From Podarcis vaucheri (lineage: Eukaryota), in assembly GCA_965113315.1 (NCBI GenBank), contig OZ220364.1: a DNA stretch of 64,000 nt; one strand, written 5' to 3'. The translations under genes and the position numbers were made by a program. Positions 62,329 to 64,000 of this stretch are shown one piece after another (position 1 is the first letter of the stretch; every line of letters begins with the position of its first letter). The notes under the pieces are model-generated. The model was not told the DNA's origin. It saw only the letters and a list, made by a program, of their open reading frames with translations, and made no database searches.

Positions 62329-64000
62329 GGGCTCTCTTGCTCCTCCTCCCTAGGTGCACAAAAGAAACAGCAACCCCTGATTTAGCATTATGTCTGAACC
62401 AGAGATTGTGGATTTTGGGGGAGCAAACAATCCATGGCTTTGGATCAGACATAGTGCTAAGTCAGGGATTACTTTCTGCAACTAGTGGGAAGGAACAAAG
62501 TGGTTAAGATCAGCAGGTATGTGGTAAAAATGTAGATGTGCAAACCAAGCTCAGTCTTATTATCACTTAGACTTGCAATTTAAAACCCTGGATTTACTTT
62601 CCTCATATTTTGAGAGAGATGCAACAAGAGAAATGTATATGGGGTCCCAGCATTCTGGTGTAGTGATCTGTGGATTATAATTAGTCAACTGACAGGTAAA
62701 ATGAGTATTGTACTTCAAAACCAGAGTTCATCCTTTTGTGTGCTAGGAAGTGCTCTGTGGTGTAACCATTACAAAGATTAATCTGAAGACGATTATGGTG
62801 CTGTTCTGCCATCACTTCCCTAGAAAAATCTGCATATACTACAGATCATACTCTATTCTCAGGTGATACCATAAATTTATGGCACCCCATGCTTTGCCCC
62901 AGTGATGTCCAAAAGTAGTGATTGGCCACTGGGTCGTAGATCAATCTTTTGAGTGTCAGCATTTGAGAATAGGGATTCCCAGCAGAATACTTTTGTGTTC
63001 AAATTACCAGAGATTAAACTTTCCCCTCCCAAGGAAAATTTGTGTTTCTAGTACTGTAATATTTTTTTTTAATGTTAACTTCCAAAGTTCAAAGAGGACA
63101 GTTAGTATAATTAGATTTTGTCAGTTCCCAGCAAAGTATTTCCATATCTGGCGGAAATTCCCTTAGTTTGTTACATGGGCACTTCTGTCAGAGAAATCCA
63201 GTTTGCAGTTTTAAAAGCTCAGTTCTACCATTCATTACCTTTGTTTCCCCCCAACATCATTTCTCTTCATTAAATAGATGGCCCTCACATGCCAAAAATT
63301 AGCTGATGAATCATAGCCTAAGCATGAGTAGGATTTCCCTCATGACTCTAGCTGGGATGGAAAAGTTGGGCGTTACTTTTTTCTGTCCATGTTGCCAAAC
63401 TGCTCCACTTGGCAGTTAAGCCAGTTTGCACGATGGGCTGTTGGAGTCTCTGAAGTGAAAATACAAATCAGCTTATTAAGGTCAAGAGGAGAATGTGAGA
63501 CTATGAATGAGGTCTGATTTGCCTCTTATACCAAAGTCTCTTTACAAAAGTAAAAGTTGCTGCTTCTGTGTTTGGCATCACCTGTTACACAAGAGCTTTA
63601 TTTTGATTTTTAACAAGCAGTTAAAATGTTGGACGTTGAAATATATTTTTTCTGGAAGATTATAAGGAAAAGTAAGTCATTTCCTGCAAATCAGATGTTT
63701 CTGTTTCTTTGGGCTTGCAGTACCTTAGTGGCCCCAAAAAAGGGATGCAGAGGTGTGAAGACAGAGGGCTGAACTTAATGGGACATGCAGTCATACGCCT
63801 CTATTTTTAAACCAAAACAGCCTCTGGAAGCTGTGAGCTTGAACAGAGGAAGGGAACAGAGAGAGAGATGGCTGCTTAATCCTGTCCCTCATTCTTTCCA
63901 TTTAAGATCCCTCTCACTTTTCTCAACTGCTTTTCTGCCTGCAGTACACACACACACACACACACGTACGTGTGCCTGTATATATTTTTTTCCCTTCACG

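Noticed and set aside
62113-62452. ORFs spanning X residues
   Set aside because: Artefact of the 200-N assembly gap

Overview
Vertebrate genomic DNA, most likely a squamate (probably lacertid lizard, inferred from Sauria SINEs, a BovB LINE end and lizard-type hAT/Tc1-mariner MITEs). The window holds most of one + strand gene, SPAG9 (JIP4/JLP, JNK-interacting scaffold). The first exons lie upstream of the window. I reconstructed 27 phase-consistent main-path exons by hand (2010 to the TAA at 57991-57993), followed by an approximately 3.5 kb 3' UTR. The long ORFs in the supplied track are mostly intronic or repeat artefacts. The best signal is a hidden isoform-switching layer that the ORF track misses. 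It comprises an internal alternative first exon encoding a very hydrophobic N-terminus behind several uORFs, a 15-nt microexon just before leucine zipper II, a 12-nt microexon with an SRRM4-type UGC signature inside the RH2 helix, and a 39-nt cassette with YCAY clusters. It also includes candidate poison exons, two GC-AG introns and tandem acceptors. Introns carry many transposon relics, some resembling horizontally transferred families (BovB, OC1-like hAT, IR/DR Tc1), and a perfect 78-bp inverted repeat. There is a 200-N assembly gap at 62129-62328. Family and orthologue assignments are from recall, not database searches. I found no evidence of a wholly new gene system.
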